64,000 nt of DNA from the human T2T-CHM13v2.0 reference genome, Homo sapiens, in assembly GCF_009914755.1 (NCBI RefSeq), contig NC_060937.1; one strand, 5' to 3'. The position numbers were made by a program, and so were the translations under genes. How positions within the stretch are numbered: position 1 is the first letter of the stretch; the number at the start of each line of letters is the position of its first letter. The notes under the pieces were generated by a model. It ran no database searches, had not been told where the DNA came from, and saw only the letters and a program-made list of their open reading frames with translations. Positions 1 through 14,159 of the stretch are shown one piece after another.

Positions 1-927
1 AACAACTTGTGAGGGTCTTTCTATCAAAAGAGATCTTATTAGCTGAATACTGAATGGTTTCATTCACCAACGAATAAATTTGTTTCTCTAAATGAATATA
101 AATATAAAAAGATGCTAGTTACAGATTAAAATCTAAAGCAACAGTCTTGTCTAGGAAGCCCTCTCCAAGCCCGTCTCCTCACAGGTAACCTCTGTCACAG
201 GCTGCACCCTCTGCCCACCCCCTTCACCCCAATCAGACTATCGCCCCCATGCCACTGTGGGGACTAGCTCAGGTCCCTACCACTCTTCCTGTCCAGGTTT
301 CCATAGGCCCAAATTCATTGTGTTCAACAAGGCACAACGTCAAGGTCTCTGTTTCTACGTGTGTAAAATGGGGATGGACAGTCCTGCCACTGCAAGGTGC
401 TGTGAGGCTCACATGAGACAATGTACTAGGAAACGCCCAGAAAACAGAACTCGCTGCTCTTCAAATGCAAAGAACCATCAGCATCACCCCATGAGTAGCT
501 ATTAATTCCTCATAATAATATTTTTCTTTTAAATCCCAATTACAACCTGTTGGTCACCTGTCTCTGCCTCACAGAAGCAGAGGGCAGACAATCCCCATCA
601 GCTTAAGGTTCCCGTCACCAGGGTTTCCCTTCATCGAAACTTTGCCACAGTCACTGTAAGTACCACCTACTCCACTCAGCTCAAGTCTTCCAATTCTGTT
701 TACTCAAATCAAAGATGACATAAAAAACGAGAAGCCAGTGGAAAAGCTATCAAGGACATCTTCACAAAAACCAGAGAACACCCGAAAAGCGTTTCCTCCT
801 GAAGCCAGCAGGATGAGTGGAGAGTTGATGTCTTTCGATGTGTTTCCATCATCACTCGGGAGGGCGGTGCTTCATCAGGAGAGACGCCCACGCCCTGTGT
901 GCAGAAATGTGTTACAACAAAAACAGG

Positions 928-950
928 TATCCTATCCTATCCTATCCTAT
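928..950. repeat. (TATCC)4 short tandem repeat
   Basis: tatcctatcctatcctatcctat. Confidence 0.8.
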
Positions 951-1799
951 TGGAGCCAGGGCTCCTCTGACACGTGCCTTTTCATCACACTTGGGCAGCA
1001 TGGAAAGAAAACATCAGTCTGCACAACCTGTGGGCAGGTCCGCAGGGAGACTCTCCACTGCCTCGCAAGTGCAGCGTCAGTGAGCCAGAACCAACCAGGG
1101 AGCTGGCCCTACACAGTGGGAGCTTCCACGAAACAGGCTTTAAGTTCCCTGCCGGCACTGCATTCGGGCCTTGGAAATGGCTATGGAACTGGCTCTCACA
1201 TCTCAGAAGAAACTTGTTCTTTAAACAAATTTGTTCATTTATTTAAAAAGAAATGTTTTAAACAAAGTTCCCCCAAGATTAGAACACTGGCACTTTAATT
1301 TTCTGAGCCTCTAAGGTTTCCTGGCAGTTAAATTAGTTTTCTTTCCCTCCTTCTAAATATTTCCTCTTCCAAAAGCAAAAGGAGAATCAGCATTGCAAAC
1401 GAGAGCAAAGCAGAGGGTTCCATGCCAACCTAACTTAATTTTCACTGGACATTCACAGACTGATATTTTCCCACTCACTCATTTATTCACTCAACAAACC
1501 TTTAATAAACTCAGGCAGTCCACCAATTCACACATAGGCCTGGGAACACCTTAATCCATAAACTCCTGGAAATTTTCACTTCTCCCCCAGTCTCCCCACC
1601 ATCACGAGCAACTTTTTTTTGTGAAAAAAACTTGGAACTCCTAGAAAATTCACTGGTTCGAGAGGAGACAAAGAAAAGCTATGAACAATGGGGCACAGCC
1701 CAGGAAATGACCTGAAGAACAGCCTCACAGTGAGCGGGGCCTGCTAGAAACAGCCAACATCACACAACACCAGCTCCACGCCACACACATGCACTGCTG

Positions 1800-1955
1800 C
1801 ATTAAATCCCCACAAGGAAGCAATCGAGTCACAATTGCTAATCCTCTTGTAAGAATAAGAGCGCGGAGTGTAGCTGGCAGATTATATTGCCTGCTGTCAC
1901 GTAACTTGTAATAGTGAAGCCAGGATTTGAACCCAGGTCATCTAATTCCTGAAAC
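1800..1955 (-). mobile_element. MIR fragment
   Basis: gccaggatttgaacccaggtc MIR-like motif with degraded flanks. Confidence 0.5.
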
Positions 1956-4567
1956 CCTATTCCCTGCCAGGTGCCAAACTGACTCAACTTTGACCAAGCT
2001 CATTCTCCCTGCTGCCTGATAATTCTTACTTTATTTGTTACCCTGTCTGAAATCCTACAAATATAAAAGAGTCATGAGTTAAGTGACAACCTCTTCTTAA
2101 ATGTGATACCCCTGTAAAAATGAAGCCCATTATTATTCATGCCGTGGAGTGAATCAACGTAATCCATCCACTTCCCATCCAGCCAGCTGCTAGCCAAGAC
2201 CCGCTGGCTGTGAGGTAACAGGAACTTTATCTGGGACTGAGGAAAAGTGGGTAATTTTGGCTGCAGGACCCAACCGGGGCTTCGGCGGAAAGTTGTGGAA
2301 AGGATACAGATAGCAGAGGCCTGGAAAGGGTATGTGGAAGGAAGTGGCAGATAAAGCAGATGGATTACGTGTTACATTAGAGAAAAAGTGTCAAAACAAC
2401 ATTATAGCAATCCTTAAAAAAAATTATAACATAAAAATAAGTGTATACAAAGAATTGTAGTGCAGGAAGAAGTGAGGCATTTGTCTCTAGACAGAAGATT
2501 ATGAGTGGTTCCTTCCATATTTCGACAATTTTTAAATAATGAGTATGTAATGCTTCTGAATTAAGGGAAAGAAAATCTCTTGTAATGAAACCAACAAAGA
2601 GGGAGAACAAAGGAAGGCATGAGGGTCCCAGGACAAGCCAAGCCCACCTCGAGTCTGTCTAGGAGAAGCTGATAAGCGGGTACACGGGGCTTCATTATGC
2701 TTTTCTCATTTGTGCATGTTTGGAAATTTCCAAAATTAAATGTAAAAACAAAGGACTTCGTCTGGGGCTGACCCAAAAAACACCGAGGAAACTCCACTAC
2801 CTGCACCAAGTACCCTACTCCACAACCCCAGTGCCAGGACAGCCCCAAAATGCTGTAAGTGACAGCCACATGTTAACTAGTTAAAGCGTCTTTTATATGG
2901 GATTAGGTTGAGCCCTATGAAACTGTCAATATTCAGCCATATTTGATAATGACATAGAAAAACAGCCAAGAGTCACGGAAGTGTAACAGGCAGACCTGTC
3001 CTTAACTCTCCCGGTGGTGTCCTGAGACACTTCTCTGGGCCTAAGTCTGAATCAATGGCAAGTCAGACTGAAAAGCAACCCTCTCTCACCCGATAGCCTC
3101 CACCAGAAAAGCTGATATGAGTACCAAAGAACAGACTTAGGAGTAGTTCACAGGCTATTCAAAAGCTGGTGCTGTCTAAAACGTTAGGCACACACGGTTA
3201 GGAGCTATACATTGGAAGGAACGCAAGTGAATTTTGCGGTTCACCCCTTCCTTACCTTTTGACAGGTAACAGCCTCACTGGGGAGATGGAACCCATGCCC
3301 ACTGGACAACAGGTGGCATGTCAGTAACCGGGCGAGGCTGGCACCCTGGTCTGTGATCTGTGACTTGGGGCAGGGCAGGGTGGCCCCTTTAGGGGTCTTC
3401 AGTGGCCAGCTAAGGGATTTACACCTTTATTTAGAAGCAAAAGTTTTAAGCAAAGGAAGAGCATCCATAAAACATGATCTTGGGCAGACTAACCTGGTCT
3501 ATGTAAGAAACACCGGAGGGGAAAAATACAGAGCACGAGGACTTCCAGCTTCTCAAGGTCCAGCCTTCTCCTTTTAGGTAGGAAATCAATATGCTTGCCT
3601 TACAGCACAATATTTTAATCCAACTAATATAACACCTTTGCGTAAGCAAATGCTGTGACCTTTCATATTGATCTATTTGTTCCCCGGTCCCTGTTTTATT
3701 CTCAAAGAGCCCTGACACACACGTAAAACACACACCCGTAGTTACCATGGGGATTATCTACGCAGTTCATGTCATGCATAAGTAATTCCCACCAGGAAAC
3801 GCCACATTTTATGGTAGGTCTTCCTGCCCTACTCACAACCACACTTTTTCACTGGTGACCAGAATTTCAGACACTCACTCCAGAAGGAACACACTTTTAA
3901 TCTGACTTCTAATCTGAAAGGAATGTCACAGCCTCTTGGCCTGGCTGACCACCTTGCCTGTCTTCAGTCTTCAACAAGTACTGGTTGTACTTTTCTAATG
4001 AGGAGGCCTCCTCTTTACGTGGAGCGGACGTGCTAGTGGGCACTAAGAGAATAGCCTCTATCAGAGAGGAGAATGCAATTCAATTTACCTGAAATTCCTT
4101 TCAGGTATCTGGAAACAAATGGCCAATTGCCCGCATGCTCACCTGAATGATCAAAGACCAGGAGAAAACCGTACCCGTGGACCAGGAGGAAGCCAGCGAA
4201 GAACAAGGCAGCCCAGGATGCGGGACCAGTGCCATTCCTTCCCACCGCATGAGAGTGCCAGAGGGGGTGAAGGGTGGAGTGGCCCTTTCAGCACACCACG
4301 TGGTCCATATTTTATCATCTGTCACAGGCAGTGCCACCTGCATTGCTTTCATCGAAGGCGCCAGACCAATACCATGACCACACACTGTCACTCTGGAGTG
4401 CCACCCCAAATTGACCCCAGAGCCAGCCCCTCAATATGCCAACATTCAACTCAAATATTCCAAACCGGGCATAATCAAAATTGTTCCTTTTTTGGTTATG
4501 GCTTTGTGACAGTCAGACTCTACATTTTCACAGAATCAGGAGAAAAGGAGAGCACAGGTTACATCTA

Positions 4568-4864
4568 TTGTTTGTTTGTTTTCTGAGATGGAGTCTTGCT
4601 CTGTAGCCCAGGCTGGAGTGCAGGGGCACCATCTCGGCTCACTGTAGCCTCCGCCTCCTGGGTTCAAGCAATCCTCCCACCTCAGCCTCCTGAGTAGCTG
4701 GGACTAGAGGCACACATCACCACACCCAGTTAATTTTTGTATTTTTTTAGTAGAGACGGGGTTTCACCATGTTGGCCAGGCTGGTCTTGAACGACCCCAA
4801 GTGATCCACCCACCTCAGCCTCACAAAGTCCTGGGATTACAGGTGTGAGCAACCATGCCCAGCC
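4568..4864 (-). mobile_element. AluS
   Basis: Full dimer, reverse orientation, (TTTG)n tail, TSD ac(a/t)tctattgttt. Confidence 0.92.
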
Positions 4865-5354
4865 ACTTCTATTGTTTTTTAAGGAATTCTTAAAGGCTGA
4901 AAAGAGACATTTTAACATATGCCCCAAATAATATTCTCTGCAGTCTCCACTGCCACAGAAAAACCTACTGTAAGGACCTCTTGCCTGCTAAAAGTTCACT
5001 GACATGCCAGTCATCTGAGACCCAAGACCACATTTTCGTATACAAACAACATGACAAAACTGCAGTTAAATTCCAAGGCAGCTCACAAAAAGCCATTTAA
5101 CCCACCTCGCTCCTAAAGTCGGACTGGGCACTCCAGAGCCACCCACCAGCCAGCAGGGCCAGTGACGGCTCAGGGCATCCATGCTGGCTGCAAGGGTAAA
5201 TGAGTCCTGTGGGGCTGTGACCCTGTAGAAGACTTAAAATCAGGGACAAATGTAGAAAAAAAATCAAGGAGCAAAATAATTTCTTATAAAAATAGACAGC
5301 AGATGGAAATCACTTTTCAACTCCCCCTTTCAAGGATTAAGGAAAGGTGACCTG

Positions 5355-5750
5355 TGCTGGGCTGGCTTGATGAGACAAGCAGCCATGCTGGGGAAGCCCA
5401 TGTGACAACCAACTGCAGATGGCTTCTGGGAGATGCAGGCAGCTGCTAGGAACTGCGAGTGGCCTCTGGGAGCTGACAGCAGCCTGCATGTCGGCCAAAA
5501 AGAGGCCAGGACTCAGTTCTACAACTAGAGAACGTGAATTCAGCCAACAACCTGAGGGAATGTGGAAGAGGACACTTCTCCAGTCAAGCCTCCAGATGAA
5601 AACCAAGCCCAGGCCAGCATCCAGACTGTAGCCCTGTGAGACCCCAAGCATAGGCGCCAGCTGAGCTCTGACTCCTGCTGATTCCTGGCCCACAGAAACA
5701 TTGAGAAAGTAAGATGTGTGTTGTTTTAAGCCAGAGAAACAGATGACTAA
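5355..5750 (+). mobile_element. MLT1E/F-type MaLR LTR
   Basis: gaattcagccaacaacctgag ... cctccagatga ... cccacagaaac ... tgtgttgttttaagcca ... actaata motifs. Confidence 0.75.
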
Positions 5751-7121
5751 TAAATGGTCCAAACACTCTTGTGTGATAATGAGTGAACTGGTGTTCATTT
5801 GCTCACTGAATCCTTGGGGGGCTAAGAACCAGAGCAGCAACCTTTCTTTAATACATTGCTTCAATGGTGGGGATAACCACAACTTCGCCTGAAGCTATTT
5901 CATCTTAATGGAGTCTGAATGATTTGAAAGTAATTTCCTCCTCCTGGAAAAATGGCATACATTAAGTAGCTGTTATTTCATTTTTTTAAAAATTGGGTGA
6001 TCTTCCTTGGGCCATGGTCGTAGGAAGTTATGGGAGCTATAAAGATGAGACCACACATCGTCCCTGCCCTCAGAGTGCACAGTCTGGAAAGAAAGAAGCA
6101 AGCAAGTAACTGTTCACAATGATCGATCCATGCAACAACCACCTATTATGCACCTACTGTGTGCCCTCCCTCTTTGCAGAGGCTGAGGAAGAGCAGGGAA
6201 CAGAACAGAAGAGAGAAGACAGAATGTGATAAACCAAACAACAAGCGTGGCCAAGACCGAAAGGCCTCCAGGAGATGTGGCAACTATGTTACCATCTGGC
6301 ACCTGGCCTGATTCTCTTCAACAGGAAAAGATGACATCATGGCGGTGCCCAGTAAGCCATAAATTCCCCCAATTCAGACAGGGTTCAAGACTTGTGCCCC
6401 AACACCACCCAAGGGCTTCCCCTCACACCTTGATAATGCACTGCCCAGCCCAAGAAGCGGAAGACTCTGACTTAGGCTATTCACTCAGGTGTCAACGCCC
6501 AGCCCCAGTGTTAGGTAACACCAGAAGATGTTCTAAAATAGTCTGTTAAGACAGCAGAAACACATCTGACTGGGGCGGCGTGGGGAAGAATGCAGAATGA
6601 ACTCACTCTAATTTAAGTCATGCTACTAATTAAGCACCTAAACAGGGAAGGAAAGAAAAGGGTGCTCAAGGCTCACATACCCCAACACACAGTGGCTTCT
6701 GGCCTGTGCAGAATGTCCTCCCACTTCCCTGCTGGCCAGCAGCTAATTTTACCCACCGCCTTTGGGAAGGTGCACCTGGTAATTCTGCACCTTTGTTTCT
6801 GACATTTACAAGGTAGTAGCAGCCTCATAAACAAGGTGCTTACTTATAGCCTAATCCTCCCCAGGAACTTGAAGCTTATGGGCAGCCCCTCCTTCCTCCT
6901 TAATTCTTATTTCAAGGCAGGCTGCTCAAAGTTGCTTACATGTGGCAAAGGTCACTGGCTATATCCCCCAGAAGTCCTTCTGATTAAGAACTCTGTGTGG
7001 GCTGCTGAGCCTAAGTATGTGTGCATTCCTAATATAGCCATAGTCTCAGAATTAACGATATGAACTGCCTCAAATGACTGTTAAGAATGTAAGAGAGTGG
7101 GAGACAAGTCAGGTGAGGGTC

Positions 7122-7125
<4 letters not shown>

Positions 7126-7162
<37 letters not shown>

Positions 7163-7171
7163 ACACACACA
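7126..7171. repeat. (CA)n microsatellite, interrupted once
   Basis: Directly visible. Confidence 0.95.
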
Positions 7172-7327
7172 CTTTCCCTCAACTGAAGAGTTTTCCCTCT
7201 ATTTTTTGTGATAAAATATCAATGATAATGATGAAGACTCCATACTCAGTAAACATTTTTAGTTTAATGGAAAAATGACCAGAGCAATTAGTTTAAAGTA
7301 TTTTATAGTGGAACTCTTTTTCCCAAA

Positions 7328-7814
7328 TGTTGGGAACAGGCCCCCAAATCTGGCCAAAAACTGGCCCCAAAACTGGCCATAAACAAAATCTCTGCAGCAC
7401 TGTGACATGTCCATGATGGCCATGACGCCCACATTGAAGGTCGTTGGTTTACCGGAATGAGGGCAAGGAACACCTGGCCCACCGAGGATGGAAAACCGCT
7501 TAAAGGTGTTCCTAAACCACAAACATTATCAAGACCGATCTGTGCCTTAAGGACATGTTCCTGCTGCAGATAACTAGCCAGACCCATCCCTTTGTTTCCC
7601 GTAAGGAATACTTTTAGTAAATCTATAATCTATAGAAATAATGCTTATCACTGGCTTGCTGTCAATAAATATGTGGGTAAATCTCTGTTCGAGGCTCTCA
7701 GCTCTGAAGGCCGTCAGCCCCAATTTCCCACTCCACATTCTATATTTCTGTGTGTGTTTCTTCAATTCCTCTAGCGCCGCTGGGTTAGGGTCTCCGACCA
7801 AGCTGGTCTCGGCA
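7328..7814 (+). mobile_element. MER9 (HERV-K HML-3) solo LTR
   Basis: TGTTGGGAACAGGCCCCCAAA...TCTCGGCA with TG/CA ends, AATAAA at ~7664, perfect 6-bp TSD CCCAAA (7322-7327 / 7815-7820). Confidence 0.88.
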
Positions 7815-8662
7815 CCCAAACTACATGCTATGCCAAACCCAAATAGAAGAATCAGATAAAAATGAAGCTACTCATATTTAAAGAGAGTTAGGGGACAGAC
7901 AGCCTCACTGGCCAGCCTTGACCGCCCCCCTGCCCCACTTGGCTCTTATGCCCACTTGGAATTAACTCTCAAGCTGCAAGGAACAGCCTGAAATACCACT
8001 GCCCTAGAGCAGATGGTTACAGCACCTAAACCAAGAACGAGTTACAGCAGAATTCCTAAGTAAAAGGGAGAGAAAGAGGAGTAAGGAGAAGAGTGAGAAG
8101 AATGGGAGCAAGATGAAAAGTTCTGGGGCAGGAAGAGAACTGGAAGCAGCCCTTGACCTTGAGAAGTGCAAAGACTCCAAGAGTCACAGAGAGAAACATG
8201 GCAGGACGCATCACAGCCGCTGTGCTGCAAGCCAGTGCCCAGGAGCTGGGTGGCACACAGAGCACGAGACACAGCGCCCAATGTCCATGCCAGGAATGAT
8301 GAGGGACAGCTCCAGGCTGATCCTTCCCCAGAGCCTACCCTGGTGACCAGGCCTCAGGGACGGAAGGCCTGGCCAGCCGTAGGATATGAAGAGTTCTGTC
8401 TGAAGGAAATGCAGGAATTTAAGGAACACACTAAAGTGAGAAGACAAGCTTGTTTTCTGCTGGGTCAATGGGTCTGGACAGGTAGCCACATGAGTCTGAA
8501 AAATTACAGCATTTGGAAATCTAAAAAAGAAGACAACTGGGGGTTTTAGTTGACAGTTAACTTAAAAAGTCAACAGACAACTAGCAGTCTAAATGAATAA
8601 CATATTCTAGTACAAAACAGAATAACATATATTCTGCTGTCGTGCTGACAGGCAGACTGTAC

Positions 8663-8762
8663 CTGGAATATGACGGGAAGCCTCACCACCTTCTCACCAG
8701 AGGACAGCCTCGATCTTGCAGCAAAGATGTCTCAGGAGGGATACAAGGAAGGTTTCAGAATC
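8663..8762 (-). other. SLC7A1: SLC7A1 exon 2 (non-coding 5'UTR, 100 bp)
   Basis: Acceptor ctcttccttgcctttcag|GATTCTG and donor TTCCAG|gtacag; sequence recognised as SLC7A1 leader; contains no ATG. Confidence 0.9.
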
Positions 8763-9978
8763 CTGAAAGGCAAGGAAGAGCCATCAGATATGTTCAGTTT
8801 CAACCTCAGAATCTCTAAGTCTGTGGCTGGTACAGTGAAAACGGATTCAGCTCAGCCCTGCAGCGGGAAGCACATGCCACCTTAACAGCAACTGAAGACA
8901 GGGTTGACGGCAAAGGGGCCCACCATGGGGCATCATCGGGGGAATTCAGGGAGAAGATGGGGAGCCAGAATAGATGCCCTCCGCACCAGAGATTCCACCG
9001 CTTTACCTCTGAAACTGACTCTCATATTTCAAAGAGGAAGATAGAAAAGCGTCACACCGGCAATTTCCACAAATCTAGGGCATAGTCGTAGGCATGCAAA
9101 AGCTCTGAGGCCCCGGTCAGGCGCCATGAAGGGGAACGAGTCCGCTCCTGACACTGGTATTGACCAGCAAGGCCAGCAGGGGCAGAAAACCTTAGCTGGT
9201 GTCTTCTGAAAACACTTGGACTCCAATTCGTACAATCGAGAATTTAGTGATGGAGTTCTATGGGTACTATTAACAGCTGCCATGGCAGCACAAAGCATAC
9301 ACGTGCCCGTAACACCAAGAGTCTCAGCATGGGCAGAAGGTTATCCTAAATCTGGGATGCAGGACCTTGTTGCCTTGGAATGGAATCGTGCTGGCCAGTG
9401 ACTGGGAGTACCTGGTATGAACGCAGCCTGAGGACACGCTACGAAGAACCTCATAGATGCATGGCATATAAAGTCCTTTGTTTTCTAAATCTTACCATTT
9501 ACACTCTGCACAGATTCTTGCACTCACCCAGGAGCTGAAGAGGTTTAATTAAGCTGTCTGAAATATGATTTGCACCTAATGTGAACCCAGACAAGATTAT
9601 CATTACACAAAAAATGCACATAAAGATGCTAATCAACAGCTACAGTTTTATAACTTAGACAGCAGCAAACCAGATTTCCCACAATTGGAATCTTATTCTA
9701 TTCCCACCTACATCGTCTTTCATACATTGATAATTCATCCCACACTGATATTTCATTCCTTTTCACTTTCTATGTTGAAAATGTCAAACCTACAGAAGTT
9801 GAATGAATACTTACTCTTTATCTACACTTCCCAATATTTAATGTTTTGCCATATTTGCTTTATCCCTCTTTAGACAAATATATGCTTTCCTCATGACCAT
9901 CGTGATAAGCAAGCTATAGCCACCATGACAACTGACCTCTACATATGTCAATAAGTAACTGCTAAGAATTACATTGTG

Positions 9979-10322
<344 letters not shown>

Positions 10323-10589
10323 TCACACCAGTGGAACTGAACATTAATTCAATAGTATTTAAAACACAGTCCACAACCAAATGTCCCTAACTGTCAGTTA
10401 CTGCTATTTCTTGATGCTCTATCATGTACCATGAGAGCACCGAGAACCATGAAGGTTGATAAAGTCAGGCTCACAGCCCACCAGGGACACAGCATCCTGG
10501 TGCCCCACTGCAGGGTGGCTGCCAAGGGGCCATGATTGGGATTCGTAGTTTAAAAAGTTAACTCTGGAAAAAAAAAGGGGGGGCGGGCA

Positions 10590-11710
<1,121 letters not shown>

Positions 11711-12553
11711 TTGTAAGGTTGCCCAGTGAAATGAACACAGCCAAGCTTAATATATGCTCAACAGGAAGAACGCTGCTCTCCTGCCTCTTAGGCATGAATT
11801 CAGCAGCCTGCCACAGTAACGCTTGCTCCAGTCATAGTCTCCTGTCGTGGTATAAAAGCAGTTCATGCTAAACTTAAAAGTCTAAAGAAAGGCATGCCAT
11901 ATGTTAAGCCAGGATGAACTCATCAGGATTAATGGGACTGGAATGCATAGCAAATAAATTCATTAACACTGCTTTTCTTTAATCCAAGAATGTTCCAACC
12001 AATTTATTGTAATTTTTGAGATTTGAAAATTCCTTTGTTAAAAGCAGAGTAATGCAATGCTACGCCTCAGACGTAAAGAGTTTAATTCCATTTGTTTCAT
12101 AAATATCGCAAGCAGCATTCCAACACTACTCTTGATGGGCTTCCAGGGGTACGTGGGGACTATAAAAGTGTGATTGTGACACCATGTGGCTATATTATAA
12201 TACAGTCATGTGTCATGACTTAATGATAGGGATGTGTTCTGAGAAATGCACCTTTAGGCGATTTCATCCTTGTGTGAACATCCTGGAGTGTACTTAGAGT
12301 GTACTGACAGAAACCTAGGTGGGATAGCCTACTGCACACCTAGGCTGCATGGGATAGCCTTGGCTCCTAGCCTACAAACCTGTACAGCATGTTACTGTAC
12401 TGAATACTGTAGGCAACAGTCACACAATGGTAAGTATCTGTGAATGGAAACATAGAAAAGGTATAGCAAGAATAAGATACAAAAGATAAAAATTGGTACC
12501 ATGAACTTACCATGAACGAAGCCTGCAGGACTGCAAGTTGCCCTGAGTGTCAA

Positions 12554-14159
12554 TGAGTGAGGGGGGAGTGAATGTGAATGAGGGAGAGTGAATATGAGTG
12601 GGGGGGAGTGAATGTGAATGAGGAGGAGAGTGAATGTGAGTGAGGAGGAGTGAATGTGAGGGAGGAGTGAATATGAGTGAGGGAGGAGTGAATGTGAATG
12701 AGGGGGAAAGTGAATGTGAGGGGGAGTGAATGTGAGTGAGGGGGAGTGAATGTGTATGGGGGGGAGTGAATGTGAGTGGGGGGAGTGAATGTGAGTAGGG
12801 GGGAGTGAATGTGAGTGAAGGGGGAGTGAATGTGAGTGGGGGGAGTGAATGTGAGTAGGGGGGAGTGAATGTGAGTGGGGGGAGTGAATGTGAATGAGGG
12901 GGAGTGAATGTGAATGAGGGGGAAAGTGAATGTGAGGGGGAGTGAATGTGAGTGAGGGGGAGTGAATGTGTATGGGGGGAGTGAATGTGAGTGGGGGGAG
13001 TGAATGTGAGTAGGGGGGAGTGAATCTGAACGAGGGGGGAGTGAATGTGAGTGAGGGGGGAGTGAATGTGAGTGAGGGGGAGTGAATGTGAGTGAGGGGG
13101 AGTGAATGTGAGTGAGGGGGGAGTGAATGTGAGTGAGGGGGACTGAATCTGAATGGGGGGGAGTGAATGTGAGTGAGGGGGAGTGAATGTGAGTGAGGGG
13201 GAGTGAATGTGAGTGAGGGGGGAGTGAATGTGAGTGAGGGGGAGTGAATGTGAGTGAGGGGGAGTGAATGTGAGTGAGGGGGAGAGAATGTGAGTGAGGG
13301 GGAGTGAATGTGAGTGAGGGGGGAGTGAATGTGAGTGAGGGGGAGTGAATCTGAATGAGGGGGGAGTGAATGTGAGTGAGGGGGGAGTGAATGTGAGTGA
13401 GGGGGAGTGAATGTGAGTGAGGGGGAGTGAATGTGAGTGAGGGGGAGTGAATGTGAGTGAGGGGGGAGTGAATGTGAATGAGGGGGAGAGAATGTGAGTG
13501 AGGTGGAGAGAATGTGAGTGAGGGGGAGTGAATGTGAGTGAGGGGGAGAGAATGTGAGTGAGGGGGGAGTGAATGTGAATGAGGGGGAGAGAATGTGAGT
13601 GAGGGGGAGAGAATGTGAGTGGGGGGAGTGAATGTGAGTGAGGGGGAGTGAATGTGAGTGAGGGGGGAGTGAATGTGAATGAGGGGGAGAGAATGTGAGT
13701 GAGCGGGAGAGAATGTGAGTGAGGGGGAGTGAATGTGAGTGAGGGGGAGTGAATCTGAATGAGGGGGGAGTGAATGTGAGGGGGGAGAGAATGTGAGTGA
13801 GGCAGAGTGAATCTGAATGAGGGGGGAGTGAATGTGAGTGAGGGGGAGTGAATGTGAGTGAGGGGGAGTGAATGTGAGTGAGGGGGAGAGAATGTGAGTG
13901 AGGGGGAGAGAATGTGAGTGAGGGGGAGTGAATGTGAGTGACGGGGAGTGAATGTGAGTGAGGGGGGAGAGAATGTGAGTGAGGGGGAGTGAATGTGAGT
14001 GAGGGGGAGAGAATGTGAGTGAGGGGGAGTGAATGTGAGTGAGGGGGAGTGAATGTGAGTGAGGGGGAGTGAATGTGAGTGAGGGGGAGTGAATGTGAGT
14101 GACGGGGAGTGAATGTGAGTGAGGGGGAGTGAATGTGAGTGACGGGGAGTGAATGTGAA
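12554..14159. repeat. G-rich minisatellite, ~20-bp unit GAGTGAATGTGAGTGAGGGG(G), ~80 copies
   Basis: Directly visible; plus strand almost devoid of C. Confidence 0.97.

Noticed and set aside
3250-3310. Strong minus-strand donor AAG|GTAAGG (GT at 3255-3254)
   Set aside because: Upstream acceptors have only short pyrimidine tracts; isolated strong donors are common in introns.
12554-14159. CRISPR-like or HSAT3/telomere-like reading of the array
   Set aside because: No unique spacers, and the context is eukaryotic; GAATG occurs only as part of a 20-bp transposon-derived unit.
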